From Squalus acanthias (taxonomy: Eukaryota): a stretch of 64,000 nt of DNA. Made by a program: the position numbers and the translations under genes. Each line of letters starts with the position of its first letter. The first letter of the stretch is position 1. Location of the stretch: contig CM059433.1 of assembly GCA_030390025.1 (NCBI GenBank), positions 18,540,001 to 18,604,000 of the forward strand, in the 5' to 3' direction. Below the pieces are notes generated by a model. That model searched no databases, was not told the DNA's origin, and was given only the letters and a program-made list of their open reading frames with translations. Of the stretch, positions 22,640-34,059 are shown one piece after another.

Positions 22640-25610
22640 GACATATGGGTATGATCTTGTGGCCATTACAGAAACATGGCTGCAGGGTGACAATGCCTGG
22701 GAATTAAACATACCAGGTTATTTAACGATCAGGAAGGACAGGCAGGAAGGAAGTGGAGGTGGGGTGGCTATGTTAATAAAGGAAAGAATCACTGTAATAC
22801 AGAGAAATTATATTAGGTCAAAAGATCAGGATAATGAAACAGTTTGGGTGGAGATAAGGAATAATAAGGGGAAAAAAGCACTAGTGGGAGTAGTCTATAG
22901 GCCTCCGAACAGTTGCAACTCTGTTGGACGGAGTATCAATCAGGAAATAGTTGAGGCTTGTAATAAGGGAACATCTATAATTATGGGGGATTTTAACTAT
23001 CATATTAATTGGACAAATCAAATTGGGCAGGGCTGCCTTGAGGATGAGTTCATTGAGTGTATTAGGGATGGGTTTCTTGAGCAGTATGTAACTGAACCGA
23101 CCAGGGGGCAAGCAACCTTAGAGCTGGTCCTGTGTAACGAGACAGGATTAATTAAAAATGTCCTAGTAAAGGATCCCCTTGGAATGAGTGACCATAACAT
23201 GGTTGAATTCCATATTCAATTAGAGGGTGAGAAGGTTGGATCTCAAACAAGCGTGCTAAGCTTGAATAAAGGAGACTATGAAGGTATGCAAGCGGAATTG
23301 AGTAGAGTGGATTGGGAAAATAGATTAAAGGGTAAGACGATACATGATCAGTGGTGTACATTTAAGGAGTTATTTTACAACTTCCAAAAAATATATATTC
23401 CACTGAGAAGAAAAGGGTGTAAAAGAAAAGACAGTCATCCGTGGCTAAGTAAAGATTTTAAGGATAGTATTCAACTAAAAACAAGGGCTTATAAGGTAGC
23501 CAAATCTAGTGGGAGGATAGAGGATTGGGAAAACTTTAAAAGACAGCAAAAAATAACAAAAAGATTGATTAAGAAAGGGAAGATAGATTATGAAAGTAAA
23601 TTAGCAAAAAATATAAAAACAGATAGTAAGAGTTTTTATAGTTATATAAAAAGAAAAAGGGTGGCTAAAGTAAATGTTGGTCCCTTTATAGGATGAGACT
23701 GGGAAATTAATGGTGGGAAATATGGAGATGGCAAATACACTGAATTAATATTTTGTATCAGTCTTTACAGTAGAGGACACTAAGAATATCCCAACACTGG
23801 ACAAACAGGGGGTTATAGGGGGGGAGGAGCTAAACACGATCAAAATCACTAAGGAATTGGTACTCGGTAAAATAATGGGACTCAAGGCGGATAAATCACC
23901 TGGACCTGATGGCTTACATCCTAGGGTCTTGAGGGAAGTGGCGGTAGGGATTGTGGATGTATTGGTAATAATTTTCCAAAACTCCCTGGACTCAGCAAAG
24001 ATCCCAGCAGACTGGAAAACTGCTAATGTAACACCCTTATTTAAAAAGGGCAGTAGACAGAAGGCTGGAAACTATAGACCGGTTAGCCTAACATCTGTGG
24101 TAGGTAAAATTTTGGAGTCCATAATTAAGGAGACAGTAACGGGACATTTGGATAATCATAATTTAATAGGACAAAGTCAGCATGGTTTTATGAAGGGGAA
24201 GTCATGTTTGACAAATTTGCTGGAGTTCTTTGAGGAAGTAACATACAGGGTGGATAAAGGGGAACTAGTGGATGTGGTGTATTTAGACTTCCAAAAGGCA
24301 TTTGACAAGGTGCCACACAAAATATTATTGCTTAAGATAAAAAATCACGGGATTGGGGGTAATATTCTGGCATGGATAGAGGATTGGCTATCTAACAGAA
24401 GGCAGAGAGTTGGGATAAATGGTTCATTCTCAGACTGGCAATCAGTAACTAGTGGTGTTCCGCAGGGGTCAGTGCTGGGTCCCCAACTCTTTACAATCTA
24501 TATTAATGATTTGGAGGAGGGGACCGAGTGTAACATATCAAAGTTTGCAGATGATACTAAGATGGGAGGGAAAGTAGTGAGTGAGGAGGACATAAAAAAT
24601 CTGCAAGGGGACATAGACAAGCTAAGTAAGTGGGCAGAGATTTGGCAGATGGAATACAATACTGGAAAGTGTGAGGTTATGCACTTTGGCAGGAAAAATA
24701 GTAGAGCAAGTTATTATCTTAATGGCAAGAAACTGGAAAGTACTGAAGTACAAAGGGATCTGGGGGTCCTGGTGCACGAAACTCAAAAGGTTAGTATGCA
24801 GGTGCAGCAAGTGATTAAGAAGGCCAATGGAATGTTGGCTTTCATTGCTAGGGGTATAGAATATAAAAATAGGGAGGTATTGCTTCAGTTGTACAAGGTA
24901 TTGGTGAGACCGCACCTGGAATACTGCATACAGTTTTGGTGTCCATACTTAAGAAAAGACATACTTGCTCTCGAGTCAGTACAAAGAAGGTTCACTCGGT
25001 TAATCCCGGGGATGAGGGGATGGACATATGAGGAGAGGTTGGGTAGATTGGGACTCTACTCATTGGAGTTCAGAAGAATGAGAGACGATCTTATTGAAAC
25101 ATATAAGATTGTGAAGGGGTTGGATCAGGTGGATGCGGGGAGGATGTTCCCGATGATGGGTGAAACTAGAACTAGGGGGCATAGTCTTAGAATAAGGGGC
25201 TGCTCTTTCAAAACTGAGATGAGAAGGAACTACTTCACTCAGAGGGTGGTAGGTCCATGGAATATGCTGCCCCAAAAAGCTGTAGAAGCTACATCATTAC
25301 ATAAATTTAAAACAGAAATAGACAGTTTCCTAGAAGTAAAGCGAATTAAGGGTTACGGGGAGAGGGCAGGAATTTGGACATGAGTCTAGGTTCGGATCGG
25401 TCATAGCCCTGTGGGTAGCGTAGCGGGCCCAGGGGCCGTGTAGCCTGATCCTGCTCCTATTTCGTGTGTCCAATTCTGTTAGATTTAGGAGATGATTCTG
25501 TGATAGTAGATTGGCGGTTAGGATCAGATCAGCCATGATCTTATTGAATGGCGGAGCAGGCTCAAGGGGCCAATTGGCCTACTCCTGCTCCTATTTCTTA
25601 TGTTCTTATG
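22640..25610 (+). mobile_element. Young CR1 LINE (copy B): near-complete ORF2 (APE endonuclease plus RT) with a frameshift and stop near 23690-23750
   Basis: ORF 22590-23696 has YDLVAITETWL, VGVVYRPPN, IMGDFN and SDHNM. ORF 23857-25383 is a 508-aa RT. It ends in a (TTCTTATG)2 tail. Confidence 0.95.
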
Positions 25611-25677
25611 ACAGGCACCATTAGCAACCTCTAGCCTCTACCCACTGGTACCCATGCCTCCCCATATCTACTACAAT

Positions 25678-26187
25678 AGCAAACTACTGCGGATGCTGGA
25701 AATCTGAAATAACAACAGAAAATGCTGGAAGCACTCAGCAGGCCAGGCAGCATCCGTGGAGATGAAACAGAGTTAACGTTTCAGGTCTGTGACCCTTCGT
25801 CAGAACTGGAAAAGGCTAGAGATGTAACAGATTTTAAGTAGGTGCAGGTGCAGAGGCAGGGAAAGGGGGAGTGGAGGAAGGAACTGAAGGAATATTCTGT
25901 GCTAGGGTAGGAGGCAGGAGAGATTAAATGTTGCAAATGTGGATGGCAGAATCATAAACAGCCTGAAAAATGGGGGCAGGGGCTATAGTGTGAAATTGTT
26001 GAACTCAATGTTGAGTCCAGAAGGCTGTAAAGTGCCTAATCGAAAGATGAGGTGCTGTTCCTTGAGCTTACGTTGAGCTTCATTGGAACAGTGTAAGAGG
26101 CCGAGGACAGAGAGATCAGGGTGGGAGTGGAGTGGAGAATTAAAGTGACAGGCGACTGAAAGCTCGGGGTCACCCTTACGGACTGAT
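25678..26187 (-). mobile_element. Penelope-like element 3' part: GIY-YIG endonuclease C-terminus plus terminal repeat with hammerhead
   Basis: Minus-strand translation of ~25992-26186 is SVRKGDPELSVACHFNSPLHSHPDLSVLGLLHCSNEAQRKLKEQHLIFRLGTLQPSGLNIEFNNF, fitting the PLE pattern VAxHF...LxTLxPxGLN. Confidence 0.85.
25771..25807 (-). ncRNA. Minimal type I hammerhead ribozyme motif
   Basis: Minus strand reads AGUU CUGACGA AGGGUC ACA GACCU GAAA CG UU AACU: intact core, stems I and II, and a palindromic ACGU stem III. Confidence 0.75.
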
Positions 26188-27868
26188 ATCTAGATGGGCT
26201 ACTTCAACGTGACCTTGGCAATGCTTCGAAAGGCTGTGCCTCCCTCATGAAGCAATAGTTGAGTTGCAACAGCTGCAGGTACAGGTCATAAGGGCGACCT
26301 TCAGATGACTAAGATGCAAAGCCACTGCCAAATGAGCCCTGCCATCATGGTCTCTTCTTGGCAACATATTCAATTCAGTCACTGGCTGACATATACCTCT
26401 CCTCTACAACTTCTTCCAAGGCTCCCATATGGAGATCATTCTGCTGCTCCTTTGCAGTGGCATCTCCCCCACCCCACCCCACCCACCTTCGCCTAAATCA
26501 TTCCGCACATATCCCATCAGTGACCAAAAACATCTCACTGACAAAAAATCTGAGAACCTTCCTGCTTTTTAAGGCCTGCATGGCTCCCCTCGGTGCGTAC
26601 TCTTGTGTGTCCTTCCAATTGTAGACTTATTTATTTTAGTTCTGAAGTAGTTGGTAATTTGTAGCAGGAGTCTTTGTGCTTGAGGTGGTACTTCCTTGTC
26701 TTTGGCTGTGGGATGTTTCGCTTTTAAGAAAAAAGTAGAGTGTGAAGGCATTCTTCATACCATCATATGGAATGCCATCCAGTCTTCAGAAAGTAATCCT
26801 TAATGAGAGTGAGGTGGCACACACTGTCAAGGCCACCATCTCAACAGGCCTGGATCATACCCTTCACAGAGGACCTGAAAGCTAGATCTTCCTTAGCCGG
26901 ACTTTACCTCAACTGAAGAGTCATAAAACTTGTGGGCTTGGTGCCCTGAAGAAGAACCAGCCTCAGACATTGCATTGAGCTACGTGGTTACAGACACACA
27001 ATGGCTGCCATGACCCTTTCAGCTTCTGCAGCAGCCCTAGAATATCCTCCTTTCCAGAGGTGAGATGTCAATAGAGGGTGTTAATAATGCCTGGAGCCCA
27101 CCTTGAATATATAATGATGGTGCACTGAGGAAAATTGGGTGGGTTAATCTCAGTATTACACAGATGGATTCAAGAACAGTTCCAGCGGACGTCTGATCGT
27201 AAATTCACTACTGAGAAAAAATATGGAGCTTGATCCTGCGCTCGTAGATGATGTCGATGTAAGCAGGCTATTTGTCTTGGACGGTGAGCACAGAGTTAGA
27301 GCCGGATGTCAAAATTACAAATCTCTATTCAGACTAGAATTTATTTTTTTCAGCGTGGCGGGTTATGTGTCCTAGCAAAAGACGTTGATGCTGTATTGAT
27401 TTCTTCTTTCAAAAGGAAGCGGGATGGTCTCTGGTTACAGGTTATAGGGATAATGATAGTCTAAGGTGATCAGACGTTCAGCTGGACACGGTGGTCAGTG
27501 TGTTGCTGGGGTATGAGCCGAATTTGTGGATGGTCACAGCTTTGTTCGAATAGTGGGGATATGGGGATGAATATTCTTGAGCTTTGCATGATTACCTTTG
27601 GTGATCAGAGATTATTTTGCAGAACTTCTCCTCAGGAGATGAAATAGTTTTGGTAGATTCCATGATGGGACAGTGCATTGGAAGGAGCTGCTTTAATAGG
27701 CTGAAATAGGCTCTTCTTTCTTCTTTTTGTATATATTTACCCCAATGTACTTTTGAAAAGCCAGTGTTCTTGACCACCAGCAAGTTCCAAATCTGCACCT
27801 CATTTTTCACACCGTGTACAATGTATTATTCTGTTGCCATAACGGAACCATGTGTAACTTAGCCTGTC

Positions 27869-28508
27869 CCACATAAATACTGTGGCAACAAGAGCAGGTC
27901 AGAGGCTAGGTATTCTGCGGTGAGTGTCTCGCCTCCTGACTACCCAAAGCCTTTCTACCATCTACAAGGCACAAGTAAGGAGTGTGATGGAATACTCTCC
28001 ACTTGCCTGGATGAGTGCAGCTCCAACAACACTCAAGAAGCTCGACACCATCCAAGACAATGCAGCCCATTTGATTGGCACCCCATCCACCACCTTAAAC
28101 ATTCACTCCCTCCACCACCGGCGTACCGTGGCTGCAGTGTGTACCATCTACAAGATGCACTGCAGCAACTCGCCAAGGCTTCTTCGGCAGCACCTCCCAA
28201 ACCCACGACCTCTTCCACCTAGAAGGACAAGGGGCAGCAGGTGCATTGGAACACCACCACCTCCAGGTTCCCCTCCAAGTCACACATCATCCTGACTTAG
28301 AAGTATATTGCCGATCCTTCATCGTCGCTGGGTCAAAATCCTGGAACTCCCTCCCTAACAGCACTGTGGGAGTACCTTCACCACACGGACTGCAGCGGTT
28401 CAAGAAGGCGGCTCACCACCACCTTCTCAAGGGCAATTAGGGATGGGCAATAAATGCTGGCCTTGCCAGCGACACCCACATCCCATAAAAACGAATTAAA
28501 AAAAAAAA
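27869..28508 (+). mobile_element. CR1-group non-LTR retrotransposon 3' fragment (family unresolved)
   Basis: LSTIYKAQVRSVMEYSPLAW...WNSLPNSTV followed by an A-rich end. Confidence 0.85.
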
Positions 28509-28885
28509 GCCCAAAGAGTAATTTTAAATAGGCACATCCTTTGATCAATTACAGGTTAACTGTTGTTGCTAAGGGAAGTTCTCAGACTTGTAAATTTCTG
28601 GCTCCAGGTCAGAAGAAACCAGCATGAAATGACTGCTTTGTTTGATCTTTTTTTAAAAAAAACTACTTTTGACACATTGAAGTGTGGCATCTTAAATAGT
28701 ACTTCTAAAATATGATAGGCAACTGCTAGGCATGAGACTTATTTATATAATATTGGTATTGCACAAATTTACTGATATATAATTGAATAGTGACTAGGAT
28801 CACAGGGTGCAGTGCGCCAGTACCCTGTGGCTTTGGTCATACAGTCTGACTGACAGTTCTTGAGGTAAATTAACATGTTACATCC

Positions 28886-30945
28886 CTTTTTTAAATTTGT
28901 TCATGGAATGTGGGCGTCGCTGGCAAGGCCAGCATTTATTGCCCATCCCTAGTTATCCTTGAGAAGGTGGTGGTGAGCCTCCTTCTTGAACCGCTGCAGT
29001 CTGTGTGGTGAAGGTACGGCCACAGTGCTGTTAGGGAGGGAGTTCCAGGATTTTGACCCAGCGACGATGAAGGATCGGCGATATACTTCCAAGTCAGGAT
29101 GATATGTGACTTGGAGGGAAACTTGGAGGTGGTGGTGTTCCCATGCGTCTGCTGCCCTTGTCCTTCTAGGTGGTGGAGGTCATGGGTTTGGGAGGTGCTG
29201 CCGAAGAAGCCTTGGCGAGTTGCTGCAGTGCATCTTGTAGATGGTACACACTGCAGCCACGGTATGCCGGTGGTGGAGGGAGTGAATGTTTAAGGTGGTG
29301 GATGGGGTGCCAATCAATCGGGCTGCTTTGTCTTGGATGGTGTCGAGCTTCTTGAGTATGGTTGGATCTGCACTCATCCAGGCAAGTGGCGAGTATTCCA
29401 TCACACTCCTGACTTGTGCCTTGTAGATGGTGGAAAGGCTTTGGGGAGTCAGGAGGTGAGACACTCGCCGCAGAATACCTAGCCTCTGACCTGCTCTTGT
29501 TGCTACAGTATTTATGTGGCTGGTCCAGTTAAGTTCTGGTCAATGGTGACCCCCAGGATATTGATGGTGGGGAATTCGGTGATGGTAATACCGTTGAATG
29601 TCAAGGGGCAGTGGTTAGACTCTCGCTTGTTAGAGATAGTCATTGCCTGGCATTTGTGTGGCGCGAATGTTACCTGCCACTTATCAGCCCAAGCCTGAAC
29701 GTCGTCCAGGTCTTGTTGCATGCGGGCATGGACTGCTTCATTATCTGAGGAGTTGTGAATGGCACTGAACACATCAGCGAACATCCCCATTTCTGACCTT
29801 ATGTTGGAGGGAAGGTCATTGATGAAGCAGCTAAAGATGGTTGGGCCTAGGACACTGCCCTGAGGAACTCCTGCAGCAATGTCCTGAGGCTGTGATGATT
29901 GACCTCCAACCACCACAACCATCTTCCTTTGTGTTAGGTATGACTCCAGCCAGTGGAGAGTTTCACCCCCCCCCCCCGATTCCCACTCGGTCAAATGCTG
30001 CCTTGATGTCAAGGGCATTTACTCTCACCTCACCTCTGGAATTCAGCTCCTTTGTCCATGTTTGGACCAAGGCTGTAATGAGGTCGGGAGCCGAGTGGTC
30101 TTGGCGGAACCCAAACTGGGCATCAGTGAGCAGGTTATTGGTGAGTAAGTGCCACTTGATAGCACTGTTGATGACACCTTCCATCACTTTGCTGATGATT
30201 GAGAGTAGACTGATGGGGCGGTAATTGGCCGGATTGGATTTGTCCTGCTTTTTGTGGACAGGACATACCTGGGCAGTTTTCCACATTGTCGGATAGATGC
30301 CAGAGTTGTAGCTGTACTGGAACAGATTGGCTAGAGGCGCAACTAGTTCTGGAGCACAAGTCTTCAGCATGACAGCCGAGATGTTGTCAGGGCCCATAGC
30401 CTTTGCTGTATCCAGTGCGCTCAGCCGTTTCTTGATATCACGTGGAGTGAATCGAATTGGTTGAAGACTGGCTTCTGTGGTGGTGGAGACCTCAGGAGCA
30501 GGCCGATATGAATCATCTACTCGGCACTTCTGGCTGAAGATGGTTGGAAACGCTTCAGCCTTGTCTTTTGCACTGGGCTCCACCATCATTGAGGATGGGG
30601 ATATTCATGGAGCCTCCTCCTCCCGTTAGTGGTTTAATGATCCACCACCATTCACGATTGGATGTACAGGACTACAGAGCTTTGAACTGATCTGTTGATT
30701 GTGGGATCGCTTAGCCCTGTCTATAGCATGCTGCTTCTGCTTTTTAGCATGCATGTAGTCCTGTGTTGCAGCTTCCCCAGGTTGGCACTTCATTTTTAGG
30801 TACGCCTGGTGCTGCTCCTGGCATGCTCTTCTACACTCCTTATTGAAGCAGGGTTGGTCCCCTGGCTTGATGGTAACGGTAGAGTGAGGGATACGCTGGG
30901 CCATGAGTTTACAGATTGTGGTGGAATACAGTTCTGCTGCCCTTG
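28886..30945 (-). mobile_element. CR1-group non-LTR retrotransposon, ~2 kb RT fragment (same family as 27869-28508)
   Basis: NYRPISLLSIISKVME, QFGFR, ALDIKAAFDRV, GVPQGSVLGP and MFAD motifs across frameshifted ORFs. Confidence 0.9.
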
Positions 30946-31274
30946 TCACTATGTATCAGAAACTGAAGGGAATTGAAATCTGGGGGGAGCAATTTACTCT
31001 GCATTGGTAGGTATAGCAAAATTGTAGATTTATTTATCAAAAATGAGCATATAATTTTCTAACATCTAGCCATAGAAGAAAAAATCCCTTTATTTATATC
31101 AACAAAGGTCAAATTTCAGAATGAAGCAAATATAGGTGGCAGCTCTACTTTTTCTGGTCTTGATTGAGGTAGAAGTAGCACCTTAAAATTATTGTCATCT
31201 GGGTTCAGGATGAGATGCTTTATCCTGCTTCTTATATTTATAAAGAATGTTTGCTTTCTCTTCACCTTTTTAAG

Positions 31275-31394
31275 GGCTACATCAACTTCTTCAGCCACGT
31301 CGCAGTGTGCCAGCCTCAGTCCTTGTGCTAAGAGGGTCTGTCAACATACCGTAGATGAAGTTCCAGAATACACTGTGCCTCCATTTAGGATCAG
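31275..31394 (+). CDS. MYOM2: Myomesin-2 exon 3 (head domain)
   Basis: tttttaag|G...AG|gtatgt, 120 nt, phase 2-2. (R)ATSTSSATSQCASLSPCAKRVCQHTVDEVPEYTVPPFRI contains the MYOM2 CAKRV motif. Confidence 0.85.
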
Positions 31395-31921
31395 GTATGT
31401 CAATGCATTATATTAACATGTTATTATTTACACCATGCAGACATTGCCTTCACATGACGTGGCTGATTCCCATACGGCACCTGTCCCTCACCGCAGAATG
31501 GCATCGGTTGTGCAGTGGCTGCACTCCCAGATCCTCGCTTAAAGGAAACGCAGATGGTAAAATTGTAGGCTCTGAAAATTGGGAGCGCTGACCTCTGTGC
31601 CTGATTCTCCCTTCGAAAGAGGCCCTGTACCAGGAGCAGCGTCGCACAATTTCTGGGCTTTACTGTTTAGGCTTAAGTACAGTTGATGGTTAGTTGGATC
31701 AGAGAGTGCATAGCGCTCCTGGGACTGCACCTCAGCACCTACAGAAGAGGGAGGGAAACTGGGGGCAGCATGCCCTCTGTAAAAGAATGATTTTGTTTAT
31801 TTTAGTGGAAAATTATCTGTACCAACTATAAAATTATTTAATGGTAAACAAGATTTAGCCTACTAGTTTGAAAATAAAATTCTAATACACCTTGATTTAC
31901 TGAATTAGTTATATCAGTTAT

Positions 31922-32060
31922 AGAAACATAGAAGATAGGAGCAGGAGTAGGCCATTCGGCCCCTCGAGCCTGCTCCGCCATTTAATGAGATCATGGCTGA
32001 TCATCCAAATTCAGTACCCTGTCCTTGCTTTCTCCCCATATCCCTTGATCCTTTTAGCCT
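31922..32060 (-). mobile_element. CR1 3' tail fragment
   Basis: agaaacatagaa...ggagcaggagtaggccattcggcccctcgagcctgctcc. Confidence 0.8.
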
Positions 32061-32664
32061 TATTTACATGTTTAAAATTCCCTCAAAGGTACAGAAACTC
32101 CCTTGTGTAGAAATTGAGAGAGAGAAGGAGAGAGGGTTCTAGTGGTATAGTATCCACAAGCTCTGAAATGGTACATTTTTAGTGGCATAAGTTGGTTTCT
32201 CCATGATTTTCCAGTGCATTTTAGGCATGGGTGCCAGATGACCCCCCCCCCCCCCCCCCCCCCCCCCCACCCCCAGAGTGAGTCTTGCACTACTTTGGCT
32301 TTATATTGACTGCATTTCAATTGTAATCAGCTCGAAGCGAACTATAAAAAGTTCCCAAGTGGCCATCTTGAGTTTGTTAGCAGAACCTGATGAGACAGTT
32401 GGGTGGGTGCCAATTGTAAAATGAATCAACGTTCGGATACCATTGGGAATAGACATAGTTCATGTTGGAGCTGGCAGTACGATTAGCTGTGGCAGCCTCT
32501 TGGCTGTCTCGGGCTGGAACCTGTAGTGTAATGACATGTATATGTTAACAGAATAATGTCAGGTTGATGTTTTGCTTACAAACAAATGCAGTTTGTGAAA
32601 GGCTGTGTTCAAATTGAAACTCGGAAACAATGATGCAAAGTCGTGTCCGTTTTGCGATTGACAG

Positions 32665-32803
32665 GAAGGGTGAAGAGCAACAACACAAGGCTAAAGCAAG
32701 AACATTTCTGTACGGCACCAAACTATGGGCGATGGAGGAAGAGATTTCCAGGCTCAGACGATCTACCCATGAGCATGTGGAAATGATGGCTCTTAAGAGG
32801 ATG
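32665..32803 (+). CDS. MYOM2: Myomesin-2 exon 4 (head domain)
   Basis: gacag|G...ATG|gtaagt, 139 nt, phase 2-0. (R)KGEEQQHKAKARTFLYGTKLWAMEEEISRLRRSTHEHVEMMALKRM keeps the frame between exons 3 and 5. Confidence 0.85.
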
Positions 32804-32904
32804 GTAAGTTATCCGTTTAACTCGTCTGTTGGCAGCCTCAGTTCACAGATTGTCTGCCTGAGATGATTTAATTAATTGCTTTTAATGAAATCTGTTAAAA
32901 ACAG

Positions 32905-33062
32905 GAAGAGGAACGAGCAGCTGTGCAGAGACATGTCCGTGAGGATTCCATCTGCCGTGCTCCTGAATTTCTTGTCCGGTTAAGGTCCCACACAGTTTGG
33001 GAGAACTCCTTTGTAAAATTGTTTTGCACCGTTCAAGGATTTCCAACCCCGTTAGTCAGATG
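32905..33062 (+). CDS. MYOM2: Myomesin-2 exon 5 (start of Ig domain My2)
   Basis: acag|GAA...TG|gtaagt, 158 nt. EEERAAVQRHVREDSICRAPEFLVRLRSHTVWENSFVKLFCTVQGFPTPLVRW carries the myomesin signature RAPE.LVRLRSHTVWE. Confidence 0.95.
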
Positions 33063-33522
33063 GTAAGTCATGTTGACATTGTGTAAATAAGTGTGTGTGT
33101 GCGCCATTTAAAAAAACACATCAGTTTACTTTGTTCATCTTTTGAATTTGTAATTGAGGCTCAATTCTGCTCATTGTTGCAAGTGCTGCACTTGATGCAC
33201 AAGGACCATGCCAGAAGCAACTTTTAAAGTGAAATCACATATATACAGTACATGCACGCTCTAACTGGCTGGCTAGGTCGTCATAAGCTGTATTAAAATC
33301 CAAAATGCAGACTATTTCAAGAAAAAAAGTTGGCGAAATTTGTTTTCTTAAAGCAAATCAGCTCAGAAGGTAATATCTAAAATACACAAGCACCAATAAA
33401 AACAGCTGAGCTCCTGCCCTCGGCCACTGCCGCTCTATGTCTGTAACCCTGTTAGCCGCAGCTCCTGGCTTAGATTGGGTCCTTAGAAGCAGATATTCCC
33501 GATGGGCCCCGAGTCACTACAG

Positions 33523-34050
33523 CAGATACTCCTCACAGGGTCTGAGTCCCCACGGCAGATACTCCTCACAGGGTCTGAGTCACCATGGCAGATACTCCTC
33601 ACAGGGTCTGAGTCCCCACAGCAGATACTCCTCACAGGGTCTGAGTCCCCACGGCAGATACTCCTCACAGGGTCTGAGTCCCCACAGCAGATACTCCTCA
33701 CAGGGTCTGAGTCCCCACGGCAGATACTCCTCACAGGGTCTGAGTCCCCACGGCAGATACTCCTCACAGGGTCTGAGTCCCCACAGCAGATACTCCTCAC
33801 AGGGTCTGAGTCACCACGGCAGATACTCCTCACAGGGTCTGAGTCACCACGGCAGATACTCCTCACAGGGTCTGAGTCCCCACGGCAGATACTCCTCACA
33901 GGGTCTGAGTCACCACAGCAGATACTCCTCACAGGGTCTGAGTCCCCACAGCAGATACTCCTCACAGGGTCTGAGTCCCCACGGCAGATACTCCTCACAG
34001 GGTCTGAGTCCCCACAGCAGATACTCCTCACAGGGTCTGAGTCCCCACGG
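33523..34050 (+). repeat. 33-bp minisatellite, 16 copies plus degenerate flanking copies
   Basis: Unit cagatactcctcacagggtctgagtc(c/a)ccac(g/a)g; it accounts for the 11-aa repeat ORFs in the track. Confidence 0.97.
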
Positions 34051-34059
34051 CAAATACTC

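Noticed and set aside
23857..25383. 508-aa reverse transcriptase as a novel host gene or retron-like system
   Set aside because: It is an ordinary CR1 ORF2 with upstream endonuclease, a CR1 tail, disabling lesions and a second near-identical copy.
26750..27860. Possible decayed coding or retroelement sequence on the minus strand
   Set aside because: I could not recognise any diagnostic motif; a translated search is needed.
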